32,000 nt of DNA from assembly GCA_963843975.1 (NCBI GenBank), contig CAWJMG010000003.1, forward strand, positions 960,001-992,000. The letters run 5' to 3'. Source of the DNA: an uncultured Actinomycetes bacterium. GTDB taxonomy: Bacteria > Actinomycetota > Actinomycetes > S36-B12 > CAIYMF01. Numbering within the stretch: the stretch's first letter is position 1; each line of letters begins with the position of its first letter. Under the pieces are notes generated by a model that was not told where the DNA came from, did not search any database, and was given only the letters and a program-made list of their open reading frames with translations. A program made the translations under genes and the position numbers. This document shows positions 21,954 through 32,000 of the stretch, in pieces.

Positions 21954-23117
21954 CTACTTCAGGAAGTCGGGGACGTCGAGGTCGTCGTCGTCGCCGGCGT
22001 CGTCGAAGACGATGCGGCGCGGCTCCTTCTTCGGCTCGTCCTCCTGCGCGACCGGGAGGACGGCCGGCTGGCCGGGCTCTGCGGTGGCGCGGGCGGTGTC
22101 GACCGCGAGCGGCGTCTCGTCGAAGTCGCCCTTGGTCACGGCCTTGGTGCCGGTGCGACGGGCGGGGGGAAGACCGCCGTCGAACCCGGCAGCGATGACC
22201 GTGACGCGCACCTCGTCGCCGAGGGTGTCGTCGATGACCGCGCCGAAGATGATGTTGGCCTCGGGGTGGGCCGCGTCCGCGACGAGGCGCGCTGCCTCGT
22301 TGATCTCGAACAGGCCGAGGTCCGAGCCGCCCGAGATCGAGAGCAGGACTCCGTGGGCGCCGTCGATGCTCGCCTCGAGGAGCGGGCTGGAGATCGCGGC
22401 CTCGGCGGCCGCGACCGCGCGGTCGTCGCCGCGGCTGGACCCGATGCCCATGAGCGCAGAGCCGGCGCCGGCCATGATGCTCTTCACGTCGGCGAAGTCG
22501 AGGTTGATCAGGCCCGGCGTGGTGATGAGGTCGGTGATGCCGCTGACGCCCTGCAGCAGGACCTGGTCGGCCTGACGGAACGCGTCGAGCATCGAGATGC
22601 TCCGGTCCGAGAGCGAGAGCAGGCGGTCGTTCGGGATGACGATGAGGGTGTCGACCTCGGCGCGCAGCGAGTCGACGCCGGTGTCGGCCTGGACACCACG
22701 GCGCTTGCCCTCGAAGCCGAACGGTCGGGTGACGACGCCGATGGTGAGCGCGCCGAGCTTGCGGGCGATGCTGGCCACGACGGGCGCGCCGCCGGTGCCG
22801 GTGCCGCCGCCCTCGCCTGCGGTCACGAAGACCATGTCGGCGCCCTTGAGCACCTCTTCGATGTCCTCGGCGTGGTCGAGCGCTGCCTGGCGGCCGACCT
22901 CCGGGTCGGCGCCGGCGCCGAGGCCGCGGGTGAGCTCGCGGCCGATGTCGAGCTTGACGTCGGCGTCGCTCATGAGCAGCGCCTGCGCGTCGGTGTTGAC
23001 GGCGATGAACTCCACGCCCTTGAGGCCGACCTCGATCATGCGGTTGACGGCGTTGACGCCACCTCCGCCGATCCCGACGACCTTGATGACCGCGAGGTAG
23101 TTCTGGGGAGCCGCCAC
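21954..23117 (-). CDS. ftsZ: Cell division GTPase FtsZ
   Basis: The GTG start at 23117 is preceded by GGAAGG. The sequence carries [18 protein letters not shown], the tubulin signature [11 protein letters not shown] and the conserved C-terminal peptide [11 protein letters not shown]. Confidence 0.98.
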   Translation of the reverse strand: MAAPQNYLAVIKVVGIGGGGVNAVNRMIEVGLKGVEFIAVNTDAQALLMSDADVKLDIGRELTRGLGAGADPEVGRQAALDHAEDIEEVLKGADMVFVTAGEGGGTGTGGAPVVASIARKLGALTIGVVTRPFGFEGKRRGVQADTGVDSLRAEVDTLIVIPNDRLLSLSDRSISMLDAFRQADQVLLQGVSGITDLITTPGLINLDFADVKSIMAGAGSALMGIGSSRGDDRAVAAAEAAISSPLLEASIDGAHGVLLSISGGSDLGLFEINEAARLVADAAHPEANIIFGAVIDDTLGDEVRVTVIAAGFDGGLPPARRTGTKAVTKGDFDETPLAVDTARATAEPGQPAVLPVAQEDEPKKEPRRIVFDDAGDDDDLDVPDFLK

Positions 23118-23335
23118 GGCACGTGCCTTCCACTCGTCGACGTACGGACGCCAACTCTCACTCTCAGGTAGAGGTGAATAGTTATGTCATCCTGTGGTTA
23201 GGGGTGAACCTACGGCGGGTCACCCGCATGGCGCAAGGTCGGAGTGCGTCACACCACGGCTGCGGAGAGTGGTCGCCGCGCACAGGCCTTGAGCACCAAG
23301 CCATCTCGGCCTCGACACCCCGGTCGTCTTGGCCG
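23118..23335 (-). promoter_or_regulatory. ftsQ-ftsZ intergenic region with a locally AT-rich core (probable ftsZ promoter/regulatory region)
   Basis: This 218-nt gap stands out in an otherwise tightly packed operon. In 23161-23210, 24 of 50 bases are G/C, against a much higher background. No clean hexamers could be assigned. Confidence 0.4.
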
Positions 23336-24052
23336 TCAGGAGGCTGCGAGGGTCCCGCGCGTGGTCGGGAGGTCCGGGGCGGACACGTCGTAGAAGGCCG
23401 CCTTGCGCGGCAGCAGCGCGGTGAGGACGGCGAGCTTGGCCTCGGTCTTGTCCGCGCTCCCCCACTGCACCGAGGCCCCGCCGAGCATCGAGAGCACGAC
23501 GTCGTCGCGGCTCTTGGCCGTGGCGCTGATGACCTTCGCGCGGAGCTCGGCCGGCAGCGACGCGAGCACCTGGACGCCGGCGAGCAGCGACGTCTCGTCG
23601 GACGGTCGGACGAGCGGGAGCACGCGCGGGCGGATCGGCGTCGAGCCGAAGCGGGCACCGGTGGCGTCGACGTAGGCGAAGTCGGTGCCGGCTCGTACCA
23701 CGCCGACCGGCGTGCGCTCGGTGACGACGACGACGAGCACGTCGGGCCAGCCGCGGCGCACCTCGACCGCGCCGACCTCGGGGATCGCACCGACGCGCTC
23801 GGCGACGCCGTCGGCGTCCACGCGGGCGAGCGGCGTGCCGACGCGGACGGCGGCGGCGGTGCGCACCTCGTCGACGGGCACGCCCGTCGCCCCGAGGACG
23901 CGGACCTCCTTCACCGACAGCACCGACGAGAACCACACCAGCCAGACGGCGGTGCCGACGAGCACCACCAGCACCGCGAACGCGAGCCAGGTCTTCCAGC
24001 GGCTGCTGCGCGCGGCGGCGGTGAACCGCTCGGTGGACTCGAGGACGGTCAT
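23336..24052 (-). CDS. ftsQ: Cell division protein FtsQ (POTRA domain)
   Basis: The ATG at 24052 overlaps the murC stop (ATGA). The protein has a single TM helix (WLAFAVLVVLVGTAVWLVWF) followed by VKEVRVLGATGVP.. (POTRA) and a beta domain. The upstream part of ORF 23336..24931 is read-through. Confidence 0.85.
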   Translation of the reverse strand: MTVLESTERFTAAARSSRWKTWLAFAVLVVLVGTAVWLVWFSSVLSVKEVRVLGATGVPVDEVRTAAAVRVGTPLARVDADGVAERVGAIPEVGAVEVRRGWPDVLVVVVTERTPVGVVRAGTDFAYVDATGARFGSTPIRPRVLPLVRPSDETSLLAGVQVLASLPAELRAKVISATAKSRDDVVLSMLGGASVQWGSADKTEAKLAVLTALLPRKAAFYDVSAPDLPTTRGTLAAS

Positions 24053-25476
24053 GACGACGCACCCTCGCGGGCCCGCAGCAGCTCGAGCACCTCGGTGCCG
24101 ATCATCGCGATGTCGCCTGCGCCGAGGGTCATCACGACGTCGCCGGGCTTGGCGCGGTCGGCGAGGTGCGACGCGACGCGGCTCCACGACGGCTCGAACA
24201 CGACCTGCTCCGGAGGCAGCGGGACGTGCGACGCCATCGACACCCCGGAAGCGCCCGGGATGGGCTCCTCCCCCGGCGCGAACACCTCGAGCACCACGAC
24301 CTGGTCGGCCAGCCCGAGCGCCTGGCCGAACTCCTTCACGAACATCGCGGTGCGGTAGTAGTGGTGCGCCTGAAAGGCGACGACGAGCTGGCTCTCGCCG
24401 ACCACCTCGCGCATCGCGCGCAGCGTGGCCTCGATCTCGGTGGGGTGGTGCGCGTAGTCGTCGTAGACGCGGACACCGGCGGCGCGGCCCTTGAAGTCGA
24501 ACCGTCGGCGCGTACCGCTGAAGGACGCGAGCCCCTCGCGCAGCGCGGGCGAGGAGTGCCCGAGACCGAGACCGGTCACGAACGCCGCCGTGGCGTTGAG
24601 GACGTTGTGCCGACCGGGCACGGCGAGCTCGGTGCGGCCGTGGCGCACGCCGCGCTCGAGGACGTCGAAGACCCAGCCCGTGCTGCCGACCTCGACGAGC
24701 TCGACGCGGTAGTCGGCGTCGGCCGCCTCGCCGTAGGTACGGACGTCGACTCCCTCGGCCCGTGCCTTGTCGGCGAGCCGGCGTCCGCCGTCGTCGTCGA
24801 TGCAGACGGTCACGAAGCCGCCGCGGTCGCGGATGCCGGTGCAGAAGTCGAGGAAGCCCTGCTCGATCGCCTCGAACGTGCCCCAGTAGTCGAGGTGGTC
24901 GGGCTCGACGTTGGTGACGATGCCTGCCCACGCGGGGAGGGCGAGGAACGCGCCGTCGCTCTCGTCGGCCTCGGCGACGAAGTCCGACCCCGTGCCCTGG
25001 TGCGCGTTGCTGCCGCTCTCGTTGAGCTCGCTGCCGATCGCGAAGGACGGGTCGGCGCCGCAGTGCTGCAGCGCCACGGTGAGCATCGAGGTGGTGGTGG
25101 TCTTCCCGTGCGTGCCTGCGACGGCGACGCCCCGGTGGCCGGCCATGATCGCGGCGAGCGCCTCCGCGCGACCCATGACGCGCAGCCCGAGGGAGCGCGC
25201 TGCCTCGAGCTCCGGGTTGCCGTCCTTGATCGCGGTCGACACCACGACGGTGTCGGCACCCTCGACCTGCTCGGCCGAGTGCCCGACGTACGCCGTGACG
25301 CCGAGCGCGCGCAACGCGGAGAGCCGGCGGGAGTCCTTCGCGTCGCTGCCGGTGACGGGGACGCCCCGGGCCACGAGGATCCGCGCGATGCCCGACATGC
25401 CTGCACCGCCGATGCCCACGACGTGGACTCGGCCGAGGGATGCGAGGTCGGCGGGTGCGCCGGTGCCGGGGGTCAC
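24049..25476 (-). CDS. murC: UDP-N-acetylmuramate--L-alanine ligase
   Basis: The GTG at 25476 overlaps the murG stop (GTGA). [18 protein letters not shown] and [11 protein letters not shown] (P-loop) are present, and Mur ligase middle and C-terminal domains run throughout. Confidence 0.93.
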   Translation of the reverse strand: MTPGTGAPADLASLGRVHVVGIGGAGMSGIARILVARGVPVTGSDAKDSRRLSALRALGVTAYVGHSAEQVEGADTVVVSTAIKDGNPELEAARSLGLRVMGRAEALAAIMAGHRGVAVAGTHGKTTTTSMLTVALQHCGADPSFAIGSELNESGSNAHQGTGSDFVAEADESDGAFLALPAWAGIVTNVEPDHLDYWGTFEAIEQGFLDFCTGIRDRGGFVTVCIDDDGGRRLADKARAEGVDVRTYGEAADADYRVELVEVGSTGWVFDVLERGVRHGRTELAVPGRHNVLNATAAFVTGLGLGHSSPALREGLASFSGTRRRFDFKGRAAGVRVYDDYAHHPTEIEATLRAMREVVGESQLVVAFQAHHYYRTAMFVKEFGQALGLADQVVVLEVFAPGEEPIPGASGVSMASHVPLPPEQVVFEPSWSRVASHLADRAKPGDVVMTLGAGDIAMIGTEVLELLRAREGASS

Positions 25477-26588
25477 GCTCGTCCTCCAGTGCTCGCCGTT
25501 CCGGAGGCGCCCGCGACGGCGGCGAGCACCAGTGCCCTCAGTCTCTCGTCCGCATCGCGCTGACCGTGGGAGGCGGCGGCGTCCTCCATGGCGTGGCGCT
25601 GGTCGGAGTCGAGCAGCAGCGGGCCGACGAGGGCGACCAGGCGGTCGGCGTCGAGGTCGGCATCGTCGACCAGGAGCCCTCCCCCGGCGTTGACGACGGG
25701 AAGCGCGTTGAGCCGCTGCTCGCCGTTCCCGATGGGCAGCGGCACGTAGATGGCGGGGAGTCCGACCGCCGCGAGCTCGGCACAGGTCATCGCGCCGGCG
25801 CGGCACAGGGCGACGTCGGCCGCGGCGTACGCGAGGTCCATGCGGTCGACGTACGGCAGCGGCACGTAGGGCGCCGGGCCGGTGGGGCCGCTCGGACGCT
25901 GGTCGTCGTTCTTCAGACCCGCGGCGTGCAGCACCTGGATGCCCTGCGCGGTGAGGCGCGCGGCAGCACCGACGGTGGCGTCGTTGAGGCTGCGTGCTCC
26001 CTGAGATCCGCCGAACACCAGGAGCGTCGGGCGGTCGGGGTCGAGTCCGAAGGACGCGCGTGCCTCGGCCTGCAGCGCGGCGCGGTCGAGGCCGGCGATG
26101 GTCGGGCGCAGCGGCATGCCGATGTGCTGCGAGCCCGCGATGGCGCCGGGCACCGCGCAGCCGACGTACTCCGTGAACCGCGCACCCACCTTGTTGGCGA
26201 GGCCGGGGCGCGCGTTGGCCTCGTGGATGACGATCGGGACGTGCCCGCGGGCGGCGAGGTACGCCGGCAGCGCGACGTACCCGCCGAAGCCGACGAGGAC
26301 ATCGGCGCCGGTGTCCTCGAGCACCGCGCGCACCTCGCGCACGGAGCGCTTGACTGCGGCCGGGAGGCGCACGAGCTCGCCCGAAGGGCGACGCGGCATC
26401 GGAGTCGGGGTGATGAGTCGCAGGTCGTACCCGCGCTCGGGGACGAGCTTGGTCTCGAGGCCGCGCTCGGTGCCGAGCAGCGTGATCCCGACCTCGGGGT
26501 CGTGGCGGCGCAGGCAGTCGGCGGTGTTGAGGGCGGGCTCGACGTGCCCGGCCGTGCCGCCTCCGGCGAGGACGACGTGCACGGTCAC
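25473..26588 (-). CDS. murG: UDP-N-acetylglucosamine--N-acetylmuramyl-(pentapeptide) pyrophosphoryl-undecaprenol GlcNAc transferase
   Basis: The GTG at 26588 overlaps the ftsW stop (GTGA). The N-terminus is [18 protein letters not shown], followed by [11 protein letters not shown]. Confidence 0.93.
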   Translation of the reverse strand: MTVHVVLAGGGTAGHVEPALNTADCLRRHDPEVGITLLGTERGLETKLVPERGYDLRLITPTPMPRRPSGELVRLPAAVKRSVREVRAVLEDTGADVLVGFGGYVALPAYLAARGHVPIVIHEANARPGLANKVGARFTEYVGCAVPGAIAGSQHIGMPLRPTIAGLDRAALQAEARASFGLDPDRPTLLVFGGSQGARSLNDATVGAAARLTAQGIQVLHAAGLKNDDQRPSGPTGPAPYVPLPYVDRMDLAYAAADVALCRAGAMTCAELAAVGLPAIYVPLPIGNGEQRLNALPVVNAGGGLLVDDADLDADRLVALVGPLLLDSDQRHAMEDAAASHGQRDADERLRALVLAAVAGASGTASTGGRA

Positions 26589-27757
26589 TTCCCCTTGAGC
26601 GGGTGCGGTGCCGGACGACCGGCCTCCGCGCGGGCGAACGCCATGAGCATGCCGAGCGCCACGAGCGTGGGGATCAGCGAGGACCCGCCGTACGAGACGA
26701 GCGGCAGCGGCACCCCGGTGATCGGGATGAGGCCGAGCACCGCGCCCATGTTGAGCAGCGCCTGGGTCAGGACCCACGCGACGACGGCCGCGGACGCCGT
26801 GCGCACGAAGGGGTCGACGGTGGTGCGCGCCAGGCGGAGGCCGGCGATGCCGATGGCTGTGAAGAGCCCGAGCACCAGCAGCGAGCCGAGGATGCCGAGC
26901 TCCTCCCCGACGACGGCGTAGATGAAGTCGGTGTGCGCCTCAGGAAGCCAGTCCCACTTCTCGCGGGAGGCGCCGATGCCGACGCCGAACCAGCCGCCGC
27001 CGCTCATCGCGTTCTGGCCGCGCAGCAGTTGCCACCCGCCGTTGAGCGGGTCGGCGCTCGGGTCGAGCCAGGAGCTGAACCTCTTCATGCGGTACGACTG
27101 CGTGAGGCTGAGCACGGCGACGCCGGCGAGGAGGACCACGCTGCCGCCGAAGAAGAGCCGGAACGGCGCGCCGTTGACCCACAGCATCGCGGCGACCATC
27201 GGCACGAGGATGAGCGCCGTTCCGAAGTCGCCCTCGAGCAGGACCAGCCCGATGATCGCGAGCGACACGGGCAGCAGCGGCACGAGCAGGTGCTTCCACT
27301 GGTCGAGCAGCGGCTGCTTGCGGGCGAGCAGGTCGCTCCCCCACAGCACGAGGGCCAGCTTGGCGAACTCGCTGGGCTGGAAGCGGAACGGGCCGCCGAT
27401 GTCGATCCAGTTCCTCTGGCCCGCCACCTCGTGGCCGACGACCAGCACCGCGACGAGCGCCGCCAGGGCGATCACGAGAGTCGGGTAGGCGATGCGCCGG
27501 TAGAACACGACCGGCAGCCGGGACGCGACCACCATCGCGGCGAGGCCCACCACCGCGAACAGCACCTGACGCGACCACAGCGTGTAGGCGGAGCCGAACA
27601 CGCGGTAGCTCTCGACCGTGGACGCCGACAGCACCATCGCGATGCCGAGCACGAGCAGCAGCAGCGTGGCGCCGAGGAGCACGTGGTACGTGGCCATCGG
27701 GTGCTCGGAGCGGCCGCGCCCCGAGGAGCCGAGCCTGCGCTCGTCCTGCTGGGTCAC
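26585..27757 (-). CDS. ftsW: SEDS-family peptidoglycan polymerase FtsW
   Basis: This polytopic membrane protein carries [22 protein letters not shown]-like (GDFGTALIL) and [14 protein letters not shown] motifs. The GTG at 27757 lies 4 nt after the murD stop, and the ATG at 27697 is an alternative start. Confidence 0.9.
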   Translation of the reverse strand: MTQQDERRLGSSGRGRSEHPMATYHVLLGATLLLLVLGIAMVLSASTVESYRVFGSAYTLWSRQVLFAVVGLAAMVVASRLPVVFYRRIAYPTLVIALAALVAVLVVGHEVAGQRNWIDIGGPFRFQPSEFAKLALVLWGSDLLARKQPLLDQWKHLLVPLLPVSLAIIGLVLLEGDFGTALILVPMVAAMLWVNGAPFRLFFGGSVVLLAGVAVLSLTQSYRMKRFSSWLDPSADPLNGGWQLLRGQNAMSGGGWFGVGIGASREKWDWLPEAHTDFIYAVVGEELGILGSLLVLGLFTAIGIAGLRLARTTVDPFVRTASAAVVAWVLTQALLNMGAVLGLIPITGVPLPLVSYGGSSLIPTLVALGMLMAFARAEAGRPAPHPLKGK

Positions 27758-27761
27758 GCGG

Positions 27762-29201
27762 TCACCGGCCCAGGTGGCGCAGGACGGCGGCGGCGAACTC
27801 GTCGCCGCGGTGGCCGTAGTCGCGGAACATGTCCCACGAGGCGCAGCCGGGCGCGAGCAGGACGGTGTCACCAGGGCGCGCCATCTCGGCGGCGGCGTGC
27901 ACGACGTCGTCCATGGCTCCAGTGTCGGTGCGCTCGACCTCGACCACGGGCACATCGGGCGCGTGTCGCGCGAGAGCCTCGCGGATGCGCTCGCGGTCGA
28001 CGCCGAGCAGCACGGCCCCGCGGATGCGCGCCCGCGTGCGCTGGACGAGGGCGTCGTACTCCTGGCCCTTGGCCATACCGCCCGCGACCCACACGACCGA
28101 CTCGTACGCGAGCAGCGAGGTCTCGGCCGCGTGGCCGTTGGTGGCCTTGGAGTCGTCGACCCAGCGGATGCCGTCGGCCTCGGCCACCTCGGCGATGCGG
28201 TGCCCGGCAGGCTCGAACGCGACGAGCCCGTCGCGGATGGCGGCTGCAGGGACGCCGGCCGCGCGCGCGAGAGCCGCGGCGGCGAGAGCGTTGAAGACGT
28301 TGTGCGGCGCGAACGGGTGCACGTCGTGCACCGATGCGAGCTCGAGGGCGCTGTCGGCGCGGTTGTCGATGAACGCGCGGTCGACGAGGAGATCGTCGAC
28401 GACGCCGAGCATCGAGCGGCCAGGGGTGCCGAGGGTGATGCCGATCGCGCGGCAGCCCTCGACGACGTCGGCCTCCTCCACCAGCCGCTCGGTCATCTGG
28501 TCCGCGACGTTGTAGACCGCGGCCACCTGGGTGTTGGCGTAGATGCGCCCCTTCGCGGCGACGTAGGCCTCGAAGGAGCCGAAGTGGTCGACGTGGTCCT
28601 CGGCGATGTTGAGGCACACGGCCGCGAGCGGGCTCGCGGTGAGCAGGAACGGCAGCTGAGGCGCCCCCACCTCCACGGCCAGCACGTCGAAGCCCTCGGG
28701 GTCCATGACCGCGTCGACGAGCGAGACGCCGATGTTGCCCACCGCGGCGGTGCGCAGCCCGGCGGCGCGCAGCATCGACTCGAGCATGAGCGTGACCGTC
28801 GTCTTGCCGTTCGTGCCGGTGACGACGAGCCACGGGGCCGCGTCCGGGCCGCGCAGGCGCCAGGCGAGCTCGAGCTCGCCCCACACCGGGATCCCCTGCT
28901 GCTGCGCCGCCTGGATGATCGGTGCGTACGGCGGCAGGCCCGGCGACACGACGAGGACGTCGGCGCCGTCGGCCAGCGTCTCGCCGTCGCCGAGGCGCAC
29001 CGTCGCGCCGACCACCTCGAGGACGTCGGCGCGCTCGCGCTGGCGCTCGCCGTCGCCGGAGTCGACGACCGTGACCCGCGCGCCGAGGTGGACGAGCTGG
29101 TCGGCGCAGGCGAACCCAGCCACGCCGATGCCGGCGACGACCGCGTGCACCGCGCCCCAGTTCGAGGACCGGTCGTACGCCGTGACGTCCGTACGACTCA
29201 C
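27762..29201 (-). CDS. murD: UDP-N-acetylmuramoyl-L-alanine--D-glutamate ligase
   Basis: The sequence contains VVAGIGVAG, VTGTNGKTTV (P-loop) and WVDDSKATN. The GTG at 29201 overlaps the mraY stop (GTGA), and a GTG at 29213 is an alternative start. Confidence 0.93.
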   Translation of the reverse strand: MSRTDVTAYDRSSNWGAVHAVVAGIGVAGFACADQLVHLGARVTVVDSGDGERQRERADVLEVVGATVRLGDGETLADGADVLVVSPGLPPYAPIIQAAQQQGIPVWGELELAWRLRGPDAAPWLVVTGTNGKTTVTLMLESMLRAAGLRTAAVGNIGVSLVDAVMDPEGFDVLAVEVGAPQLPFLLTASPLAAVCLNIAEDHVDHFGSFEAYVAAKGRIYANTQVAAVYNVADQMTERLVEEADVVEGCRAIGITLGTPGRSMLGVVDDLLVDRAFIDNRADSALELASVHDVHPFAPHNVFNALAAAALARAAGVPAAAIRDGLVAFEPAGHRIAEVAEADGIRWVDDSKATNGHAAETSLLAYESVVWVAGGMAKGQEYDALVQRTRARIRGAVLLGVDRERIREALARHAPDVPVVEVERTDTGAMDDVVHAAAEMARPGDTVLLAPGCASWDMFRDYGHRGDEFAAAVLRHLGR

Positions 29202-30265
29202 TGACGGACCCACTCGGCGTAGAAGATGCCGAGCCCGAGTGCCACGAACAGGCCCTGGATGATCCAGAACCGCACGACGATCTGGATCTCGGCCCAGCCG
29301 AGCATCTCGAAGTGGTGGTGCAGCGGCGCCATCCGGAACATGCGCCTACCGGTGAGCTTGTAGCTGCCGACCTGGCCGATCACCGAGAGGACGACGATCA
29401 GGAACAGGCCCGCTAGCATCGGCAGCAGCAGCTCGGTGCGCGACAGGATCGCCAGCGCCGCGATCGCGCCGCCGAGCGAGAGCGAGCCCGTGTCGCCCAT
29501 GAAGATGCCGGCGGGTGCGGTGTTCCACCACAGGAAGCCGAAGCAGGCGCCCGCGGCTGCCGCGGCGAAGATGGCGAGATCGAGCGGATCTCGTACGTCG
29601 TAGCAGCGGGCGAACTCGCCGAACTGGCAGTTCTGGCCGTACTGCCACACCGACAGCAGCGTGTAGGCACCGAGGGTCATGACCGATGCGCCGGCCGCGA
29701 GGCCGTCGAGCCCGTCGGTGAGGTTGACCGCGTTGGTGGTGGCTGTGACGAGGAACCAGATCCACACGATGAACAGCGCCGTCGGGAGGACGAGCCCCGT
29801 GTCGCGGAACAGCGACACCGCGCGCGACGCCGGGGTCCGGCCGTCGCCGTCGGGGAACATCAGGGACAGGAACGCGAAGCTGATGGCGACGGCGGCCTGG
29901 CCGAGCAGCTTGGTCCGTGCGCGGACGCCGGTGCTGCGCTGCTTGAAGATCTTGAGGTAGTCGTCGGCGATGCCCACGCACCCGAGACCGACGGTGAGGT
30001 ACAGCGCGAGCATCCCCGACCAGCTCGGCAGCCGCCACGCCACCAGGTGCGCGCCGAGGTACCCGATGAGAAGACCCGCCAGGATGATGAGGCCGCCCAT
30101 CGACGGGGTGCCGCGCTTCCCCTCGTGCTCCGGGTAGGCCTCGTCGGCGGTGGACACGCGGATGGCCTGCGCGAGGTGGTGCCGGCGCAGGAACTTGATG
30201 AGCAGCGGCGTGCCGAGCAGCGACACGAACAGGCCGAGGCCGGCAGCGATGAGCACGAGCCTCAT
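29198..30265 (-). CDS. mraY: Phospho-N-acetylmuramoyl-pentapeptide transferase
   Basis: 355-aa polytopic membrane ORF with the motifs HEGKRGTPSMGG, NAVNLTDGLDGLA and MGDTGSLSLGG. The ATG at 30265 overlaps the murF stop (ATGA). Confidence 0.96.
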   Translation of the reverse strand: MRLVLIAAGLGLFVSLLGTPLLIKFLRRHHLAQAIRVSTADEAYPEHEGKRGTPSMGGLIILAGLLIGYLGAHLVAWRLPSWSGMLALYLTVGLGCVGIADDYLKIFKQRSTGVRARTKLLGQAAVAISFAFLSLMFPDGDGRTPASRAVSLFRDTGLVLPTALFIVWIWFLVTATTNAVNLTDGLDGLAAGASVMTLGAYTLLSVWQYGQNCQFGEFARCYDVRDPLDLAIFAAAAAGACFGFLWWNTAPAGIFMGDTGSLSLGGAIAALAILSRTELLLPMLAGLFLIVVLSVIGQVGSYKLTGRRMFRMAPLHHHFEMLGWAEIQIVVRFWIIQGLFVALGLGIFYAEWVRQ

Positions 30266-31671
30266 GCGGGGACCTCCGTCAGGGCCAGGGCGAGCCGTTC
30301 GAGGCCGGCAGCGCGCGAGGCCTTCACCAGGACGACGTCGCCGGGCGCGACATCACCGGCGACGAGCCGGACCGCCTCATGCACGTCGGCCACCGCCGTG
30401 ACCACGCTGGCACCTCCGACCCCTTCCGCGCCCGTCGCCACGCCGGAGGCGCCCGCTCCGACCGCGATGATGCGGTCGATGCCGCGCTCGGCGGCGGCGC
30501 GGCCGACGTCCTCGTGCGCGGCCTCGGCGTCGTCCCCGAGCTCGCGCATCTCGCCGAGGACCGCCCAGGTGCGGCGGGCGGGCCGGTGCTCGGAGGCGGC
30601 CCCCATCACCACGAGGGCGTCCAGCGCGGCGAGCACCGACTCGGGGTTGGCGTTGTAGGCGTCGTTGACGATCGTGACGCCGGCGGGCGTCGTCGAGACC
30701 TCCATGCGCCAGCGGCTTGCTGCCGTCGCCCCGGACAGACGGCGGGCGACGACGTCGCCGGGGATCCCCAGCTCGAGCGCGGTGGCCGCGACGGCGAGGG
30801 CGTTGGAGACCTGGTGGGCGCCGTGCAGCTGCAGCTCGACGCGCTCGTGGACGCCGTCGGCGGCGAGGGTGAACGAGGCGCGCCCCTGGTCGTCGAGCAC
30901 CTCGTCCTCGGCCCGCACGTCGGCCGACGTCGACCGGCCGTAGGTGACGACCCGGCCCGGCGTACGGGACGCCATTGCGGCGACGAGGTCGTCGTCGGCG
31001 TTGAGGACGGCGACGCCGCCTGCAGCCGCGGCCGGCACGGCCTCGACGAGCTCGCCCTTGGTGACGGCGATGTTCTCGCGCGAGCCGAACTCACCGAGGT
31101 GCGCCGAGCCGACGTTGAGGACGACGCCGATGCGCGGCGGGGTGATCGTGCACAGGTAGGCGATGTGGCCGAGGCCGCGCGCGCCCATCTCGGAGACCAG
31201 GACGCGCGTCGCGCCGTCGCACTGGAGGGCGGTGAGAGGGAGCCCCACCTCGGTGTTGAACGAACCCTGCGGGGCCACGACGGGACCGAGCTCGGTGACG
31301 ACCTGCGCCATGAGGTCCTTGGTGCTCGTCTTGCCGCTGGAGCCGGTGATGCCGACGACGACGAGGTCGGTCAGGCCGTCGACCACCGAGCGCGCGAGCC
31401 GGCCGAGCGCGAGCACGGTGTCGTCCTCGACGACCACGCACGGGACGTCGAGCTCGCGCGAGGCGAGCACGGCCGCCGCGCCGGCGCCGACGGCCTGCGC
31501 GCCGAAGTCGTGCGCATCGTGGTGCTCGCCGACGACTGCGACGAAGAGATCGCCGGGGTGCACCGAGCGCGAGTCGGTGCTGAACCCGGTCACGGCGGTG
31601 ACGGCATCAGCACCCCCGGCCAGACGGCCGCCCACGGCGGCCGCGACGCCCCCGAGATTCAGGGTGATCAT
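30262..31671 (-). CDS. murF: UDP-N-acetylmuramoyl-tripeptide--D-alanyl-D-alanine ligase
   Basis: 469-aa ORF containing STDSRSVHPGDLFVA and GITGSSGKTSTKD (P-loop). The ATG at 31671 overlaps the murE stop (ATGA). Confidence 0.93.
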   Translation of the reverse strand: MITLNLGGVAAAVGGRLAGGADAVTAVTGFSTDSRSVHPGDLFVAVVGEHHDAHDFGAQAVGAGAAAVLASRELDVPCVVVEDDTVLALGRLARSVVDGLTDLVVVGITGSSGKTSTKDLMAQVVTELGPVVAPQGSFNTEVGLPLTALQCDGATRVLVSEMGARGLGHIAYLCTITPPRIGVVLNVGSAHLGEFGSRENIAVTKGELVEAVPAAAAGGVAVLNADDDLVAAMASRTPGRVVTYGRSTSADVRAEDEVLDDQGRASFTLAADGVHERVELQLHGAHQVSNALAVAATALELGIPGDVVARRLSGATAASRWRMEVSTTPAGVTIVNDAYNANPESVLAALDALVVMGAASEHRPARRTWAVLGEMRELGDDAEAAHEDVGRAAAERGIDRIIAVGAGASGVATGAEGVGGASVVTAVADVHEAVRLVAGDVAPGDVVLVKASRAAGLERLALALTEVPA

Positions 31672-32000
31672 GGCGAGTCCTCGTCGGGTGGCAGGAGGTC
31701 GGCGGGCACGATCCAGCCCGGCTCCATCGCCTCGGCCAGGGCGACCCGGTCGTCGAACGGCGTGACCGTACCGGCCACCTCCTGGCCCTGCTCGTGCCCC
31801 TTGCCCAGCACGAGAACTACGTCACCCTTGCCCGCGAGCGCGACCGCGATCCGCATCGCACGCAGCCGGTCCGGCATCTCGATCCGGCGCCTGCCCGTGA
31901 TCGTGCGCGCGCCGCGCAGGATCTCCGTGCGGATGAGGGCAGGGTCCTCGCTGCGCGGGTTGTCGTCGGTGACGATCACGACGTCGGCACCCTCGACCGC
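31668..32000 (-). CDS. murE: UDP-N-acetylmuramoyl-L-alanyl-D-glutamate--2,6-diaminopimelate ligase, C-terminal ~110 codons (5' part outside the window)
   Basis: The frame stays open to the window edge (..AVEGADVVIVTDDNPRSEDPALIR..VLVLGKGHEQGQ..), which is typical of the MurE C-terminus. The position upstream of murF fits. Confidence 0.85.
   Translation of the reverse strand, partial: AVEGADVVIVTDDNPRSEDPALIRTEILRGARTITGRRRIEMPDRLRAMRIAVALAGKGDVVLVLGKGHEQGQEVAGTVTPFDDRVALAEAMEPGWIVPADLLPPDEDSP

Overview
This is a high-GC actinobacterial chromosome segment (by eye more than 70% G+C). The protein sequences look Micrococcales/Cellulomonas-like, which is an inference and not a search result. Almost everything here is conserved housekeeping. 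On the minus strand, 31668-32000 down to 18609 carries the distal dcw cell-division/cell-wall cluster: murE(partial)-murF-mraY-murD-ftsW-murG-murC-ftsQ-ftsZ-pgeF-yggS-sepF-yggT-divIVA. Most junctions in that cluster are 4-nt ATGA/GTGA stop/start overlaps. ileS lies convergent on the plus strand (15407-18544), preceded by a T-box leader and followed by a perfect 23-bp hairpin. Further along the minus strand come a DUF167/YggU gene, a TraR/DksA zinc-finger protein with a long histone-H1-like Ala/Lys/Pro repeat (DdbA-like), lspA and rluD. A roughly 5 kb block lies between rluD and dnaE and looks accessory. It holds a Ddn-like F420 oxidoreductase, a GNAT, an M20 amidohydrolase, a secreted YVTN beta-propeller protein and an aldo-keto reductase. 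After it come dnaE, an AAE-family (YidE/YbjL-like) transporter, a small DivIVA-domain ORF, a conserved hypothetical and the 3' end of ybaK. I found no tRNA/rRNA, transposase, integrase, CRISPR array or recognisable defence or toxin system, and no convincing evidence for a novel multi-gene system. The most unusual points are as follows. First, yggT is split over three reading frames by two +1 shifts, which means either a pseudogene or a local sequence error. Second, the DdbA-like gene is built from perfect 33-nt tandem repeats. Third, the ileS T-box appears to act on translation. Fourth, the small DivIVA-domain ORF has a non-coding-looking tail that overlaps the next gene. Fifth, a 16-codon uORF with a strong Shine-Dalgarno sits directly upstream of the transporter. 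The many long ORFs antisense to or out of frame with real genes are artefacts of the stop-codon-poor, high-GC sequence.
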